DNA of 64,000 nucleotides from an uncultured Planctomycetaceae bacterium (GCA_964430075.1 CAYSFP010000008.1:145-64144), one strand, 5' to 3'. Positions 6,728-16,735 are shown, numbered from the stretch's first letter. The notes: generated by a model not told the origin, from the sequence alone. Program-made: numbers and translations.

Positions 6728-9361
6728 CTATTCGACGACGACAAAGCGGTGGTTCAGCACCCGCGAGCCGTTGACCTCCTCGGCTCGCAGCCACAGCTCA
6801 GCTCCCAGCAACTGCGACCCATGCGGATAGCGATAGACCTTCGTGTCCGAGCTGCCGCCGAGCCGGAACACTTGCGTGCGTTGCCGCCGCCGCCCGGGAG
6901 CGGAAAGATGACATTTGAAGTCGACCAACTGGGGCGAATGGTTGACCATGCGTTGCTCGATGATCAATGTGCCGTCGTTTTCTAGTCGCGTCGAGGTCTC
7001 GATTTGAACCAGGCCGTCGCCCACGATCAGCTCGCGATCGACGCTGAAGCGATACAGGCGATCGGCGTCGACGGAGAAGTCGGCCCGCAGCGGGGCGGCG
7101 CCGCTCGTGGCGTCGAATGGCAGCGAAATCTCGAACGGCCGCACGACCGTTTCCCCGGCGGCCAGCTTGAAGTCGATGCGTTGGGGCGTGATCTGCCAGC
7201 CCTCGGGCGCCGACAGTTCCACCGTCCCGCCCACGCCTTGAGCAAACGCGTTGGTCAGCTCGATGCCGTTGGGATGCGCCGTGCCGAACACGCTCGGCAC
7301 ATACAACTGCTTGAACTTGACCGCCATCCCCCACCGGGCGACCGACGCGTTGAGCCCCAGGACGAAGCGGGGCATGGACTCGACGTCGATCACCAGGCGG
7401 TCGCCGCTGGGACGCGATTGCTGTGCACGGCCCCACACGTCGAGCACGCGAAGCTCGTCGCCCAGCGGGATGACCTCTTCGGTGGGAACGTCGTTCCAGA
7501 CCACCATGAGCACGTCGCCGCCGGATCGTTGAAAGAGCCGGTTGGCGCTGCCGTTTTGCAGCTCGATCGTGCCCAGATACGTGGCTCCGCTGAGCAGCGA
7601 TGCCGTGGTGCGCCATGGCAGCAGCAGCTCGCCAGGCATGCCGTCGGTGGTCATCAGACCATGGTCGTCGTCAAATGGTTTGGCGGCAAAAATGGCGTCG
7701 GCGCCGTGAATCTTCGCGGCCAGCATTTGCTCGACGAGGTCGCGAGCGCGCGTTTCCAAGTCGTATTCCCGCGTCGACAACGGCTCCACGAGCACCCACC
7801 GCGCCACTTTGGGCGGCGCGGGTAGCTGCAGATACGCTGCCAATTCCTGTCCGGTCAGAGCGGGAGACGACGCGAACTGCTGAAACTGCCACGGCAGTCC
7901 TTCCGACGACGTTTGACTTTGGATCCATCTCCAGCCGAAACCCAAGCTCACGTCCTGACCGAAGCGAAAGAGCTTGTCGCGGAGCGATGCGATCCCCGTA
8001 TCTAAATTGCCCACGCGCGACAAGCTGGCGTCGTGGTCGCCGCCCAATTGCCACCACCGCACGCGCAGAGACAGTTTCGTCAGCACCGGCTCGAGTAGCG
8101 GCATCCAGCCGGCGGCATCGGTGTTGAATATGTCGGCGATCGACGCGTCGTCCGGCAGCCGCCGACCAAGCTCCGAGTCGGGGGGCGGGCGATCGATCAC
8201 GCCGACCACTTCAATGTGGTTGGCCGCCGCGCGATCAGCGAACCGCACGAGTTCCTCGCCCAGCGCCTCGTCGGCCTCGTTGTACCAGACGGGCGCCTTG
8301 ACCCAATGCACGGCCACGCGCGGTAGGAGTTTTGCAAGATCTTCGAGGGAGAGCGGGACGCGGTCTCCCACGAGCGACCAGCCGAATTCACCGGTGCGGA
8401 GTCGCTCGAGCGGCGGCGCCAGTGCGACGTTAACGATGCGCTGGTCCATCATGCCGCGAGCCGTCAGCATGGAGACGCGCACCTTGTAAAACCCGTGCTT
8501 GACAATCGGCGGCTTCCACGAGGTCGCGCCGGCGTACGCCGCGCGGTGCGTCTCGGTCACTCCCACGAACTCTGAAGCCCGCCGGCGGCGCTCGGTGATC
8601 AACCGGCCTTCGAGCTGAACGCGGCTGTTCCCCAACGTCTCACTGCTGGCGTCGAGCAGTTCGAAGTGAATGTCCGGGTCGCTTTCCAGGATGCCTGACA
8701 AGGAACAGGTGATTTCGATCTCGCCCGGGTCGGTGTAAACATTGCAGGCGTCGCCGGTCGATACGGTCATCCGGGGTAGGCGAGCCATCCATACATCGTC
8801 CAGCATCACTTTGCCGCTCAGATCGACGTGCTTGCCCGGCTTCACATGCAGTACGAGACGCGCGGCCGAGATTTCGCGTCGCTCGGGATTGACGGGGCCG
8901 ATGTGAAGCTTGATCCACTGGTTCTGGCGCGTGCCTGAGAGCCACTCGGTCGCTTCTGACTGGAGAAGTTGATCGTTGTCGTCGTAAAAATCGACGCGAA
9001 CCTGCACTCGCGTCGATGCGAGGCCGATGAGCCTGAGGCGGCACTCCGCCTTGTAGCTGAAATCGTCCGAAACTGCGACGAGCGGGCTTTCGACGTGGGC
9101 GCCGCCGCCGTCGACGTTGACGTTGAGACAGGTATTCCCAACGTTGGCGTTATCTTCGGCGATGCGGATGTCGACGTAGTGGGGCAGACCCTCGCCCAAG
9201 ACGCGGCGCCAATTGTCGGGCCAGTCGTCAAAGTTCGCGTCCCACGGTCGATCGAACTGGCAGTCGAACACGCAGATCGCGTCGGGGTGCCGATCCGTGC
9301 TGACGTGCGGCGCCGTCGCGGATAGAATCACGAGCGTCGTCAGAGCGGAGAGATTCAGCAT
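6728..9361 (-). CDS. Large secreted hypothetical protein (carbohydrate-binding-like N-terminus, GH-like barrel, NEW3-like domain)
   Basis: 877-aa ORF with a signal peptide. GGTVELSAPEGWQITP is NEW3-like. Confidence 0.75.
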   Translation of the reverse strand: MLNLSALTTLVILSATAPHVSTDRHPDAICVFDCQFDRPWDANFDDWPDNWRRVLGEGLPHYVDIRIAEDNANVGNTCLNVNVDGGGAHVESPLVAVSDDFSYKAECRLRLIGLASTRVQVRVDFYDDNDQLLQSEATEWLSGTRQNQWIKLHIGPVNPERREISAARLVLHVKPGKHVDLSGKVMLDDVWMARLPRMTVSTGDACNVYTDPGEIEITCSLSGILESDPDIHFELLDASSETLGNSRVQLEGRLITERRRRASEFVGVTETHRAAYAGATSWKPPIVKHGFYKVRVSMLTARGMMDQRIVNVALAPPLERLRTGEFGWSLVGDRVPLSLEDLAKLLPRVAVHWVKAPVWYNEADEALGEELVRFADRAAANHIEVVGVIDRPPPDSELGRRLPDDASIADIFNTDAAGWMPLLEPVLTKLSLRVRWWQLGGDHDASLSRVGNLDTGIASLRDKLFRFGQDVSLGFGWRWIQSQTSSEGLPWQFQQFASSPALTGQELAAYLQLPAPPKVARWVLVEPLSTREYDLETRARDLVEQMLAAKIHGADAIFAAKPFDDDHGLMTTDGMPGELLLPWRTTASLLSGATYLGTIELQNGSANRLFQRSGGDVLMVVWNDVPTEEVIPLGDELRVLDVWGRAQQSRPSGDRLVIDVESMPRFVLGLNASVARWGMAVKFKQLYVPSVFGTAHPNGIELTNAFAQGVGGTVELSAPEGWQITPQRIDFKLAAGETVVRPFEISLPFDATSGAAPLRADFSVDADRLYRFSVDRELIVGDGLVQIETSTRLENDGTLIIEQRMVNHSPQLVDFKCHLSAPGRRRQRTQVFRLGGSSDTKVYRYPHGSQLLGAELWLRAEEVNGSRVLNHRFVVVE

Positions 9362-9532
9362 AGCGCAAGATCGACGGCTGTTGTTGTCAGCGTGAAAGCG
9401 GCTTGAGGCGTGAAACGGCGGCGCGCGGCGGACGTGCGACTGGCGTTGGCGCCCCGCTCAACTCTTGATTGATCGCGCGTCCTGGTTGTCGTCCGCCGTT
9501 GTCGGTCCAGCTCCTGCGGAGTAGCCCACGCC

Positions 9533-10312
9533 GTGATTGGCTCCCCCGTTGCCGTTCAAACGCGCTGTCTGTCCGCGCCGCTTAAGCAAGCTTTGCACAT
9601 CGCGGCGCAGATCGGATGCGATGGCGTGCAGATCGACGCCCGCGAGGAGCTCCGCCCGCGCGATCTTTCCGACACAGGCCTTCGCCAGTTGCGGAAAATG
9701 CTGGACGATCTGAATTTGCGGGTCGGATCGCTCGCGTTTGCCTCACGGCACGGCTATGCCGACCCTCACAATCTCGAGCGACGCCTGGAGGCCACTGTCG
9801 ATGCCATGCGGCTGGCCGGACGGCTTGGGGCACGCATGCTCGTGTTCACCATGGGCCGATTACCCGCGCCGGAGGCGAGCGACCGGGGCACGCTCGTCGA
9901 AGCGCTGACGAGCTTGGCGGGCCAGGCCGCTCGTCTGGGCGTCGAGCTTGCTGCTCAGTGCCCGGAAGCGGAACCGGAAGAGCTTGCGGCTCTGTTCGAC
10001 CAACTGCCTGCGGGGCTCCTAGGCGTCGACCTCAACCCTGCCGCCTTGATCCGCTCGGGGCGGCAGTTGCAGACGTGGGTCGAGTCATTGGGAGCCCACA
10101 TCGCCCACGTGTTTGCCAACGATGCCGTTCGCGGCTTCGGCGGCGCGGCCGCGATGGACGTTGAACTGGGGCGCGGATCGGCCGACCTGCCAGCGCTGCT
10201 GGGGGCGCTCGAAGAGTTTGACTACTGTGGCTGGATCACAGTCGAGCGGCACAATTCCGCGCACGTCGTACAGGACTGCGAGGACGCAGTCGCGTACCTC
10301 CGCGCAACTTAG
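9533..10312 (+). CDS. Sugar phosphate isomerase/epimerase family (xylose-isomerase-like TIM barrel)
   Basis: GCDGVQIDAR, GVDLNPA, HVFANDA, VELGRG and WITVER motifs. Confidence 0.85.
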   Translation: MIGSPVAVQTRCLSAPLKQALHIAAQIGCDGVQIDAREELRPRDLSDTGLRQLRKMLDDLNLRVGSLAFASRHGYADPHNLERRLEATVDAMRLAGRLGARMLVFTMGRLPAPEASDRGTLVEALTSLAGQAARLGVELAAQCPEAEPEELAALFDQLPAGLLGVDLNPAALIRSGRQLQTWVESLGAHIAHVFANDAVRGFGGAAAMDVELGRGSADLPALLGALEEFDYCGWITVERHNSAHVVQDCEDAVAYLRAT

Positions 10313-10511
10313 AATCGGTGAGTTGTCCGTCGTAGAAGAGAGATCCTCTGATGCAATCTGCAATGAACAACGGACGGCTGACGCTGTTATTTCTTGCGGT
10401 GGCGGATCTTTGACCGCATGCGTCGCTTTTTGCGACCTAGCTTGCGGCGCCCTTTTCCTGATCGTTTCGTACCCAAGAGTTTCTCCGCGTTAGAACGTGA
10501 ATAGGTTGATA

Positions 10512-10536
10512 TCGGCGGCGGAGGGTCCGCCGCCGA
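10512..10536. terminator. GC-rich hairpin, possible terminator
   Basis: Perfect 11-bp stem tcggcggcgga / tccgccgccga with a 3-nt loop. The U-tract is weak. Confidence 0.4.
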
Positions 10537-10821
10537 AGCTTACTTGAGAGGGGAGCGCCAATACCGACAAACAGGCTGCGCACCGCCGCCAGCCCACCTC
10601 ACACCGCACTGCCGCCCCTGAAATTGCGGTGAACCCCTAATTCTATCAACCGCGAAATGGCCCGCAATGGCCGTTCGCGGCTAATCCCCGCCGTCTTGGC
10701 CCGCTCTCGCGAAGCACGATGCGGAGCGTCGCTTGTGCCGCTCGCCACGGTATACTCGGCCAACGGGCCCTGCTCGCCATTTCTTATCATCAATCCAGTT
10801 CTGGCTTCCCGGGGTAGTGTT

Positions 10822-12000
10822 ATGCAACCAGGCGACGTGGATCGGCGGGACTTTCTTCAGCAAACCGTTGGACTTGGGGCGGCGGCTCTCGCGACCGCCG
10901 CCGTTTCGCCCGCAGCCGCCCAACAGTCCGCCGCCAAACGAGTCCGAGTCGGCGTCATCGGCTGCGGCAGCGTCTCGGGGGCGTATCTGCCGCAACTCAC
11001 GACATGCCCCTACGCCGACGTAGTGAGCGTGTGCGACATCATTCCCGAGCGCGCCGCCAACCGCGCCCGCGAGTTCAACGTGCCCAACCACTATGGGCAC
11101 ATCAACGAGATGCTGGCCGGGGAGCCGTTCGACTTCCTGGTCAACCTCACCGACATGCAGGAGCACGAACACCTCAATCAGGAGGGGATCGCCGCCGGCA
11201 AGCACATCTGGAGCGAAAAGCCCATTGCCAACTCGCTCGCGGCGGGCCAGGCGATTCTTGAGCAAGCCAAGGCCCAGGGCGTGCGCGTGTGGGGCGCGCC
11301 GATCGTCGTCCACAGCCCTCAATTTGCATTCATGGCGAAGGCTCTCGCTGCGGGATCGCTGGGCCGCGTTGCCTCGGCCCACGCTGATTACGGGCACGAA
11401 GGACCTAATTGGTCGTCGTTCTTCTACGAGCCCGGCGGCGGCAGCATGCCCGATCTGGGCGTGTACAACCTGACCAGCCTCACCGGGCTGCTGGGTCCCG
11501 CCAAGAGCGTGGCGGCCATGACCAGCATTGTCACCCCCACGCGCAATATCGTCGGCAAGGGCGAAATCAAAGTCGGCGAAGAAGACAACGCCATGGTGCT
11601 GCTCGACCACGGGAACGGCACGCTCTCGCATGTGCAATCGGGCTTCAATTTCTTCAACCCTCATGGGCACGACGGCAGCAAGGAGAATCGTCACACGATC
11701 AGCATCTTCGGCTCCAAGGGCGCGATGGGTCTGGTGGGCTACGACTGGGCGCCCTTGGGCGTCGATCTCGCGACGGACAAGCAGCCGCAATTCAAACGCA
11801 GCGTTACGGATGCCGAGGGATACGTCTGGCAGCAAGGCGCCTCGCTGGCCGCGGAGACGCTGGTCACCGGCAAGGAATGGCTATTCACGCCCGAACACGC
11901 GCTGCATGTGGTGGAAATCATGACAGCTGCCCGCGAGTCGCAGCGCACCGGGCGGCGGATTGACCTGACGTCGACGTTCAAGTGGCCGCTGGCGATCTAG
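10822..12000 (+). CDS. Gfo/Idh/MocA oxidoreductase with Tat signal
   Basis: DRRDFL twin-arginine leader, GVIGCGSVS, SEKP and GGGSMPDLGVY. Confidence 0.9.
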   Translation: MQPGDVDRRDFLQQTVGLGAAALATAAVSPAAAQQSAAKRVRVGVIGCGSVSGAYLPQLTTCPYADVVSVCDIIPERAANRAREFNVPNHYGHINEMLAGEPFDFLVNLTDMQEHEHLNQEGIAAGKHIWSEKPIANSLAAGQAILEQAKAQGVRVWGAPIVVHSPQFAFMAKALAAGSLGRVASAHADYGHEGPNWSSFFYEPGGGSMPDLGVYNLTSLTGLLGPAKSVAAMTSIVTPTRNIVGKGEIKVGEEDNAMVLLDHGNGTLSHVQSGFNFFNPHGHDGSKENRHTISIFGSKGAMGLVGYDWAPLGVDLATDKQPQFKRSVTDAEGYVWQQGASLAAETLVTGKEWLFTPEHALHVVEIMTAARESQRTGRRIDLTSTFKWPLAI

Positions 12001-12041
12001 GCGCTGCGGATACGTTCAACCGAAGGCGGCGCGCTTGCTCT

Positions 12042-12124
12042 AGCCGCGACGCGACGCGTCGCCGGAGCGCAAGCGCGAGACGCCCCATTAAGACAGGACA
12101 CCAGCGACGCGTCGCGTCGCGGCT
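12042..12124. repeat. REP-like inverted repeat pair
   Basis: Perfect 21-bp inverted repeat agccgcgacgcgacgcgtcgc (12042-12062) / gcgacgcgtcgcgtcgcggct (12104-12124). Confidence 0.75.
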
Positions 12125-12186
12125 CGATCCAATTCGTTGCTTGGCATTCGAATTGACGCCAAACACAATCGCGAAGTTAGCAACTC

Positions 12187-13092
12187 ATGCCGCGCTGGAT
12201 CTTCTGGATGCTGGTCACGCTCCTTTCCTGGGGCGTTTGGGCGATTCTGCTCCACGAGCAGCTTAATCCCCAGCCGGTTGCCGCGGCCCACAGCCAGGCG
12301 ATGTCCACGCTCGGCATCCTTCCCATCATCGCCGCGCTGGCGGCGATGAAAGACCCCGCCGCGGCGGCTAACCGACGTCGGGGGGTGTTGCTTGCCTTCG
12401 GCTCCGGCGTCGTTTCTGGATTGGGCAACATCGGCTACTACGCCGCGCTGGCCAATGAGCGGACTGCCACAGTCGTGCCACTGGCCGCGCTGTACCCCGC
12501 CGTGACGATCCTCTTGGCGATGCCGCTGCTGCGGGAACGAATCACCCGCTTGCAGTGGTTCGGCATGGGCCTGTCGCTCGTGGCGATGTATCTCTTCCTC
12601 AAACCCGAACGGCGCGAAATCTCCGCCGGCGCCATGCTCGCGCTTGTCCCCATCGTGCTGTGGGGCGTGACGCTGCTGATGCAGAAGATGTCGACGGCCG
12701 ACATCTCGGCCCGCTCCTCGGCCATCTGGTTTCTCGCCGCGTTCGTGCCGCTGGCCGCCGTCATCCTGCTGCGGGAGCCGCTCCCCTCGGGCCTGGCGGT
12801 GAGAACCTGGGCGATGCAGTCCGCCGTGGGCTTCACGCTGGCGCTGGGGAACCTTACGATCCTGTTGGCGTGTGAGCAAGGCGGCAAAGCCTCGGTGATC
12901 GCCCCGCTGTCGGGGCTGTATCCGGCCGTGAGCGTGCCCATCGCCGTACTGTGGCTCGGCGACGAGGTCTCGCGGCGGCAGTTGGCGGCCATTGCCCTTT
13001 CGTTCGCCGCCGTCGTATTGCTGACTTATCAAACCGAGTCCGCCGCGCTGAGTCCTGAACCCTCGGCGCCCGAAGGAACGCCCGTGCCATGA
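12187..13092 (+). CDS. EamA/DMT family transporter
   Basis: Two EamA repeats (VVPLAALYPAVTILLA..LLRERIT; VIAPLSGLYP) and about 10 TM segments. Confidence 0.88.
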   Translation: MPRWIFWMLVTLLSWGVWAILLHEQLNPQPVAAAHSQAMSTLGILPIIAALAAMKDPAAAANRRRGVLLAFGSGVVSGLGNIGYYAALANERTATVVPLAALYPAVTILLAMPLLRERITRLQWFGMGLSLVAMYLFLKPERREISAGAMLALVPIVLWGVTLLMQKMSTADISARSSAIWFLAAFVPLAAVILLREPLPSGLAVRTWAMQSAVGFTLALGNLTILLACEQGGKASVIAPLSGLYPAVSVPIAVLWLGDEVSRRQLAAIALSFAAVVLLTYQTESAALSPEPSAPEGTPVP

Positions 13093-14024
13093 AACCTCTC
13101 GCTGAACTCCTTGCCGCGGGCGTCGTCATCGGCGACGGCGGTTATCTCATCGAACTGGAGCGCCGCGGCTACGTCGACAGCGGCTCCGGCCGCGAGCGCG
13201 TCGGCACGGGCCGCGGCAGCGGGCAGTTCACGCCTGAGGTGGCCATCGAGCAGCCCGACGCTCTCCGCGAGCTGCACCGGGAGTTTCTCAATGCCGGCTC
13301 GCGCGTGCTGCAGGCCCTCACGTTCTTCGGCACGCGCGAGAAGCTCAGCCGCGCGGGCTACGGCGAACAGACCGAATCGATCAACGCCGCGGCGGTGAAG
13401 CTCGCGAAAGAGGTCGCCGGCGAAGAGGCGCTGGTCGCCGGCAGCGTGTCGCGCACGCAGCTCATCGAGCGCGAAGGGCCCGAAGCGCTGGGCAAGGCCC
13501 GCGATCACATTGCCGAGCAGATTCGGCTGCTGGCAGACGCGGGCGTCGATTTCCTGCTCCTGGAAACGTTCTTCCACTTGTCCGAAATGAAGGTCGCGCT
13601 CGAGGCCGCGGCCGCCAGTGGCTTGCCGGTGATCGCCACCATGAGCTTCCGCCCGCTGGTGACGCAGTGCACCGACGGGCACTCGCCGGCCGATTGCGCC
13701 CGCGCGATGGCCGACTTGGGCGCGATCGCCGTCGGCGCCAACTGCGAACAGGATCCCCAGCGCATGCTGCCCCTCTTGCGCCAGATGCGCGACGCGGTCG
13801 ACGTACCCATTGCCGCCCAGCCAGCCGCGTTTCGCACCACGGACGAGTGCCACTCGTTCACCCGGTTGCCGCAGTTTCCCGACGATCTGGAAACCATCCA
13901 AATTTCCCGGACCGCGTTCACCGAGTTTGGCAAGGTCGCCGCGAACGAGAACATCCGCTTCGCCGGCGGCTGCTGCGGCTGCAACCCGGCGTATATCCGA
14001 GCGCTGGCCCAGGGTATTAGTTAG
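13089..14024 (+). CDS. Homocysteine S-methyltransferase family protein (BHMT-like)
   Basis: VIGDGGY..ELERRGYV, FTPE, LHREFLNAGS, and Zn-ligand motifs GANC and GGCCG. Confidence 0.88.
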   Translation: MKPLAELLAAGVVIGDGGYLIELERRGYVDSGSGRERVGTGRGSGQFTPEVAIEQPDALRELHREFLNAGSRVLQALTFFGTREKLSRAGYGEQTESINAAAVKLAKEVAGEEALVAGSVSRTQLIEREGPEALGKARDHIAEQIRLLADAGVDFLLLETFFHLSEMKVALEAAAASGLPVIATMSFRPLVTQCTDGHSPADCARAMADLGAIAVGANCEQDPQRMLPLLRQMRDAVDVPIAAQPAAFRTTDECHSFTRLPQFPDDLETIQISRTAFTEFGKVAANENIRFAGGCCGCNPAYIRALAQGIS

Positions 14025-14055
14025 TCGAACCGTTTTTTCGGGTGCAAGGTGCAGC

Positions 14056-15009
14056 ATGACGTCCCACTTCGCGATCGGCGTCGACGTGGGCGGAACCAAG
14101 TGCGCAGCCGGGCTGATCAGATTGCCGCAAGGCGATGTGTTGGCTCGTCGGCTTCAGCCTACCAGGGCCTCGCGCGACGGGACGGCTGTGCTCGCCGATG
14201 TTATCGAACTCATCAACGCGCTTGTCGCGGAATCATCGGCCTTGGGCGCCGCGCCCGTCGCGGTGGGCGTCGGCGTTGCCGAACTCGTCGGCTGCGAGGG
14301 ACGGGTGCTGAGCGATGCGACGATCGCGTGGTCGAACTTGCCGATTGCCGAGTCCGCGGCGCAGGCAACGAAACTGCCCGTCTTCCTCGACGCCGACGTA
14401 CGGGCTGCCGCGCGGGCCGAGGCATGTCTGGGTGCGGGGCGTGGACGCCACTCGATGCTCTACGTTACGGTCGGCACGGGAATCAGCGCCAGTCACGTCG
14501 TGGGCGGCGTTCCCTACGCCGGCGCCCGCGGGCTGACAGGCACGTGCGGCAGCGCACCGGGATTAATTCCCACGAATGACGGCCAGCTTGTCGGCGGGCA
14601 GCCGCTTGAGCACTTCGCGTCTGGTCCCGCGATCGCTGATCGCTTCTCCGCGCTCCGCGGCGATCGGGCGTATGTCACGCACGAAGTCATCGACCTGGCC
14701 GAAGCGGGCGACAAGCTGGCACGAACCGTCGTCACATCCGCCGGCGCCGCCTTGGGGGCCATGACGGCACATCTCGTCAATGTGCTCGACCCGGAAGTCG
14801 TCGTGCTCGGCGGCGGGCTTGGCCTGGTGGGCGGCGCCTACCGACGGACGATCGACGACGCCCTGCGCGCCCACATTTGGAGCGATCTGCACAGGAACGT
14901 CCCCTTGCACGCTGCGCAACTTGGCGTCGATGCGGGAGTCGTCGGCGCCGCGCTGTTTGCCAGCCGCCAGTGCGACCGACTGCACGCTCGGCAGATTTCG
15001 TCACCGTAG
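14056..15009 (+). CDS. ROK family sugar kinase
   Basis: GVDVGGTK, DADVRAAARAE, VTVGTGIS and LEHFASG motifs. Confidence 0.88.
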   Translation: MTSHFAIGVDVGGTKCAAGLIRLPQGDVLARRLQPTRASRDGTAVLADVIELINALVAESSALGAAPVAVGVGVAELVGCEGRVLSDATIAWSNLPIAESAAQATKLPVFLDADVRAAARAEACLGAGRGRHSMLYVTVGTGISASHVVGGVPYAGARGLTGTCGSAPGLIPTNDGQLVGGQPLEHFASGPAIADRFSALRGDRAYVTHEVIDLAEAGDKLARTVVTSAGAALGAMTAHLVNVLDPEVVVLGGGLGLVGGAYRRTIDDALRAHIWSDLHRNVPLHAAQLGVDAGVVGAALFASRQCDRLHARQISSP

Positions 15010-15034
15010 GCGGCAGCTCAGCGCCGCTCGCCCC

Positions 15035-15751
15035 ATGCTCAAGCCCATCGTCCTCGCCGATCACGAAGCGGTCAGCCGGCGCGCCGCCGAGGAAGTGATC
15101 GCCCTGCGGCAGGGCAACGCCGCCGCGCTGATTTGCCTCGCCTCGGGCGGCACGCCGACGCGGACTTACGAGTTGCTCGCCGCCCATGGCGCTCAGAACC
15201 CGGAGTTGTTTGCCCAGATGCGGGCGCTAAAACTCGATGAATGGGGCGGCTTGCCCGAGAACAGTCCGGGAACGTGCGAGCATCATCTCCGCAACACGCT
15301 CATCGATCCGCTTGGCCTCGGCCCGCGTTATGCCGCCTTTGCCAGTTCGCCCGCGGACCCGGCGGCAGAATGTGCGCGAATGGCCGCGTGGCTGGCCCGC
15401 CACGGTCCCATTGATTTGTGCATCCTGGGGCTGGGCGTGAACGGCCACTTGGGGTTCAACGAGCCCACCGGCGCACTGCAGCCGCACGCCCACATCGCGG
15501 TCCTGTCGTCGGCTTCGCTCGGCCACGCCATGATCGGCTCGACCGCGGTGCGACCAAGCTACGGCTTGACGCTCGGCATGGCCGACTTGCTGCAGGCGCG
15601 CCAAGTCTTGCTCCTTGTCACCGGAGCGGCCAAACGCGAGCCAATGGCCCGCCTGCTCGAGGGGCGCATCACGACGAGGCTGCCCGCCTCGCTATTGCAT
15701 CTGCATGCCAATGTCACGCTGTTATGTGACGAGGCGGCCTGCCCCCCTTGA
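15035..15751 (+). CDS. Glucosamine/galactosamine-6-phosphate deaminase-like (NagB/AgaI family)
   Basis: LASGGTP, KLDEWGGL, LGLGVNGHLGFNEP and PASLLHLH motifs. Confidence 0.88.
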   Translation: MLKPIVLADHEAVSRRAAEEVIALRQGNAAALICLASGGTPTRTYELLAAHGAQNPELFAQMRALKLDEWGGLPENSPGTCEHHLRNTLIDPLGLGPRYAAFASSPADPAAECARMAAWLARHGPIDLCILGLGVNGHLGFNEPTGALQPHAHIAVLSSASLGHAMIGSTAVRPSYGLTLGMADLLQARQVLLLVTGAAKREPMARLLEGRITTRLPASLLHLHANVTLLCDEAACPP

Positions 15752-15784
15752 GCGAGGCTTGCGTACTCGACGAGCGCGCCGGCA

Positions 15785-16735
15785 TTACTGCAGCGTCACC
15801 GTCGCCACGACGGCGCGATGGTCGGATGGATATGGCGCCACGACAATGTCCGCGTGCTCTTCGTCCTCGCCCACGACGGCAACCTGCTCAACCTTCACGC
15901 CGCGTCCCGCCGCCAGCACCAGATCGATCCGGTCGTGTCGATCCTTGGGATCATCTTCCGCGGTGATCGGCGTCCAGGTGTTGCCGGGCTTCGCCACCGG
16001 ATCGGGGTGCACCTCGCGGTACGCGTCGACGAACCCCGTTTCGTGCATCACGGCCGTGCTCGGCCAGGCCACGACGACCGGGCAGAGGCCCGCCTGGCAC
16101 GCCGCCTCCGTCCAATCGAGCGACGACGGTTCATTGAAATCGCCGGTGACGAAGATCGGCGCGTCGTCGTTCCGCACCGCGTGGAGCTCCGCGAGCATCG
16201 ATTGGACTTCCTTGCCCCGCGCCGCCCGCGCGGCGCGCTCCGCCTCCTCGCCGGTATCGAGAAACGGCGCCTCGCCGTAGGGAATGTCGAATAACTGGTA
16301 CGGCTGGTACGGCGCATCGATGTAGTGCACATTGAACAGCCAGACGCGGCGGCCGGAAGGCAGTTCGAACTGCACGCCCCATTTGCGCGGCGTATGGCCG
16401 ACGATTTTATGGCGGCTCATCACCGCCGTGTCTTCGTCGCCCTGCGAGAAGTAATGCCAACCAAGCTGGGCGGCGATCTTCTCGGCGTGATCGGGCCGCA
16501 CGCCATTTTCCCGCGGACCGCAGACCTCTTGCAGGCCGACCAGATCCGCGCCCGATTCCGTGATGACGCGCGCGGTTTGCTCGAGCGGCTGTTTGCCGCC
16601 CGTTCCGCCCACCCAGATGTTGAACGTCATCACGCGAAACGTCTCTGGTTCCTGAGCGTGCGCCACGAACGAGTCTCCTCGGACGAACCATGCGGCGACG
16701 ATCGCGGTTAGCAATATGATGGCATTTTTGCACAT
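15785..16735 (-). CDS. Endonuclease/exonuclease/phosphatase family protein, secreted
   Basis: VMTFNI, VGLQE, GDFNEPS, RIDLVL and PSDHRAV motifs, with a signal peptide. Confidence 0.88.
   Translation of the reverse strand: MCKNAIILLTAIVAAWFVRGDSFVAHAQEPETFRVMTFNIWVGGTGGKQPLEQTARVITESGADLVGLQEVCGPRENGVRPDHAEKIAAQLGWHYFSQGDEDTAVMSRHKIVGHTPRKWGVQFELPSGRRVWLFNVHYIDAPYQPYQLFDIPYGEAPFLDTGEEAERAARAARGKEVQSMLAELHAVRNDDAPIFVTGDFNEPSSLDWTEAACQAGLCPVVVAWPSTAVMHETGFVDAYREVHPDPVAKPGNTWTPITAEDDPKDRHDRIDLVLAAGRGVKVEQVAVVGEDEEHADIVVAPYPSDHRAVVATVTLQ

Noticed and set aside
12141-12157. Sigma-54 promoter upstream of the EamA gene (ttggcattcgaattgac)
   Set aside because: The -24 GG is present but the -12 position reads GA instead of the essential GC.
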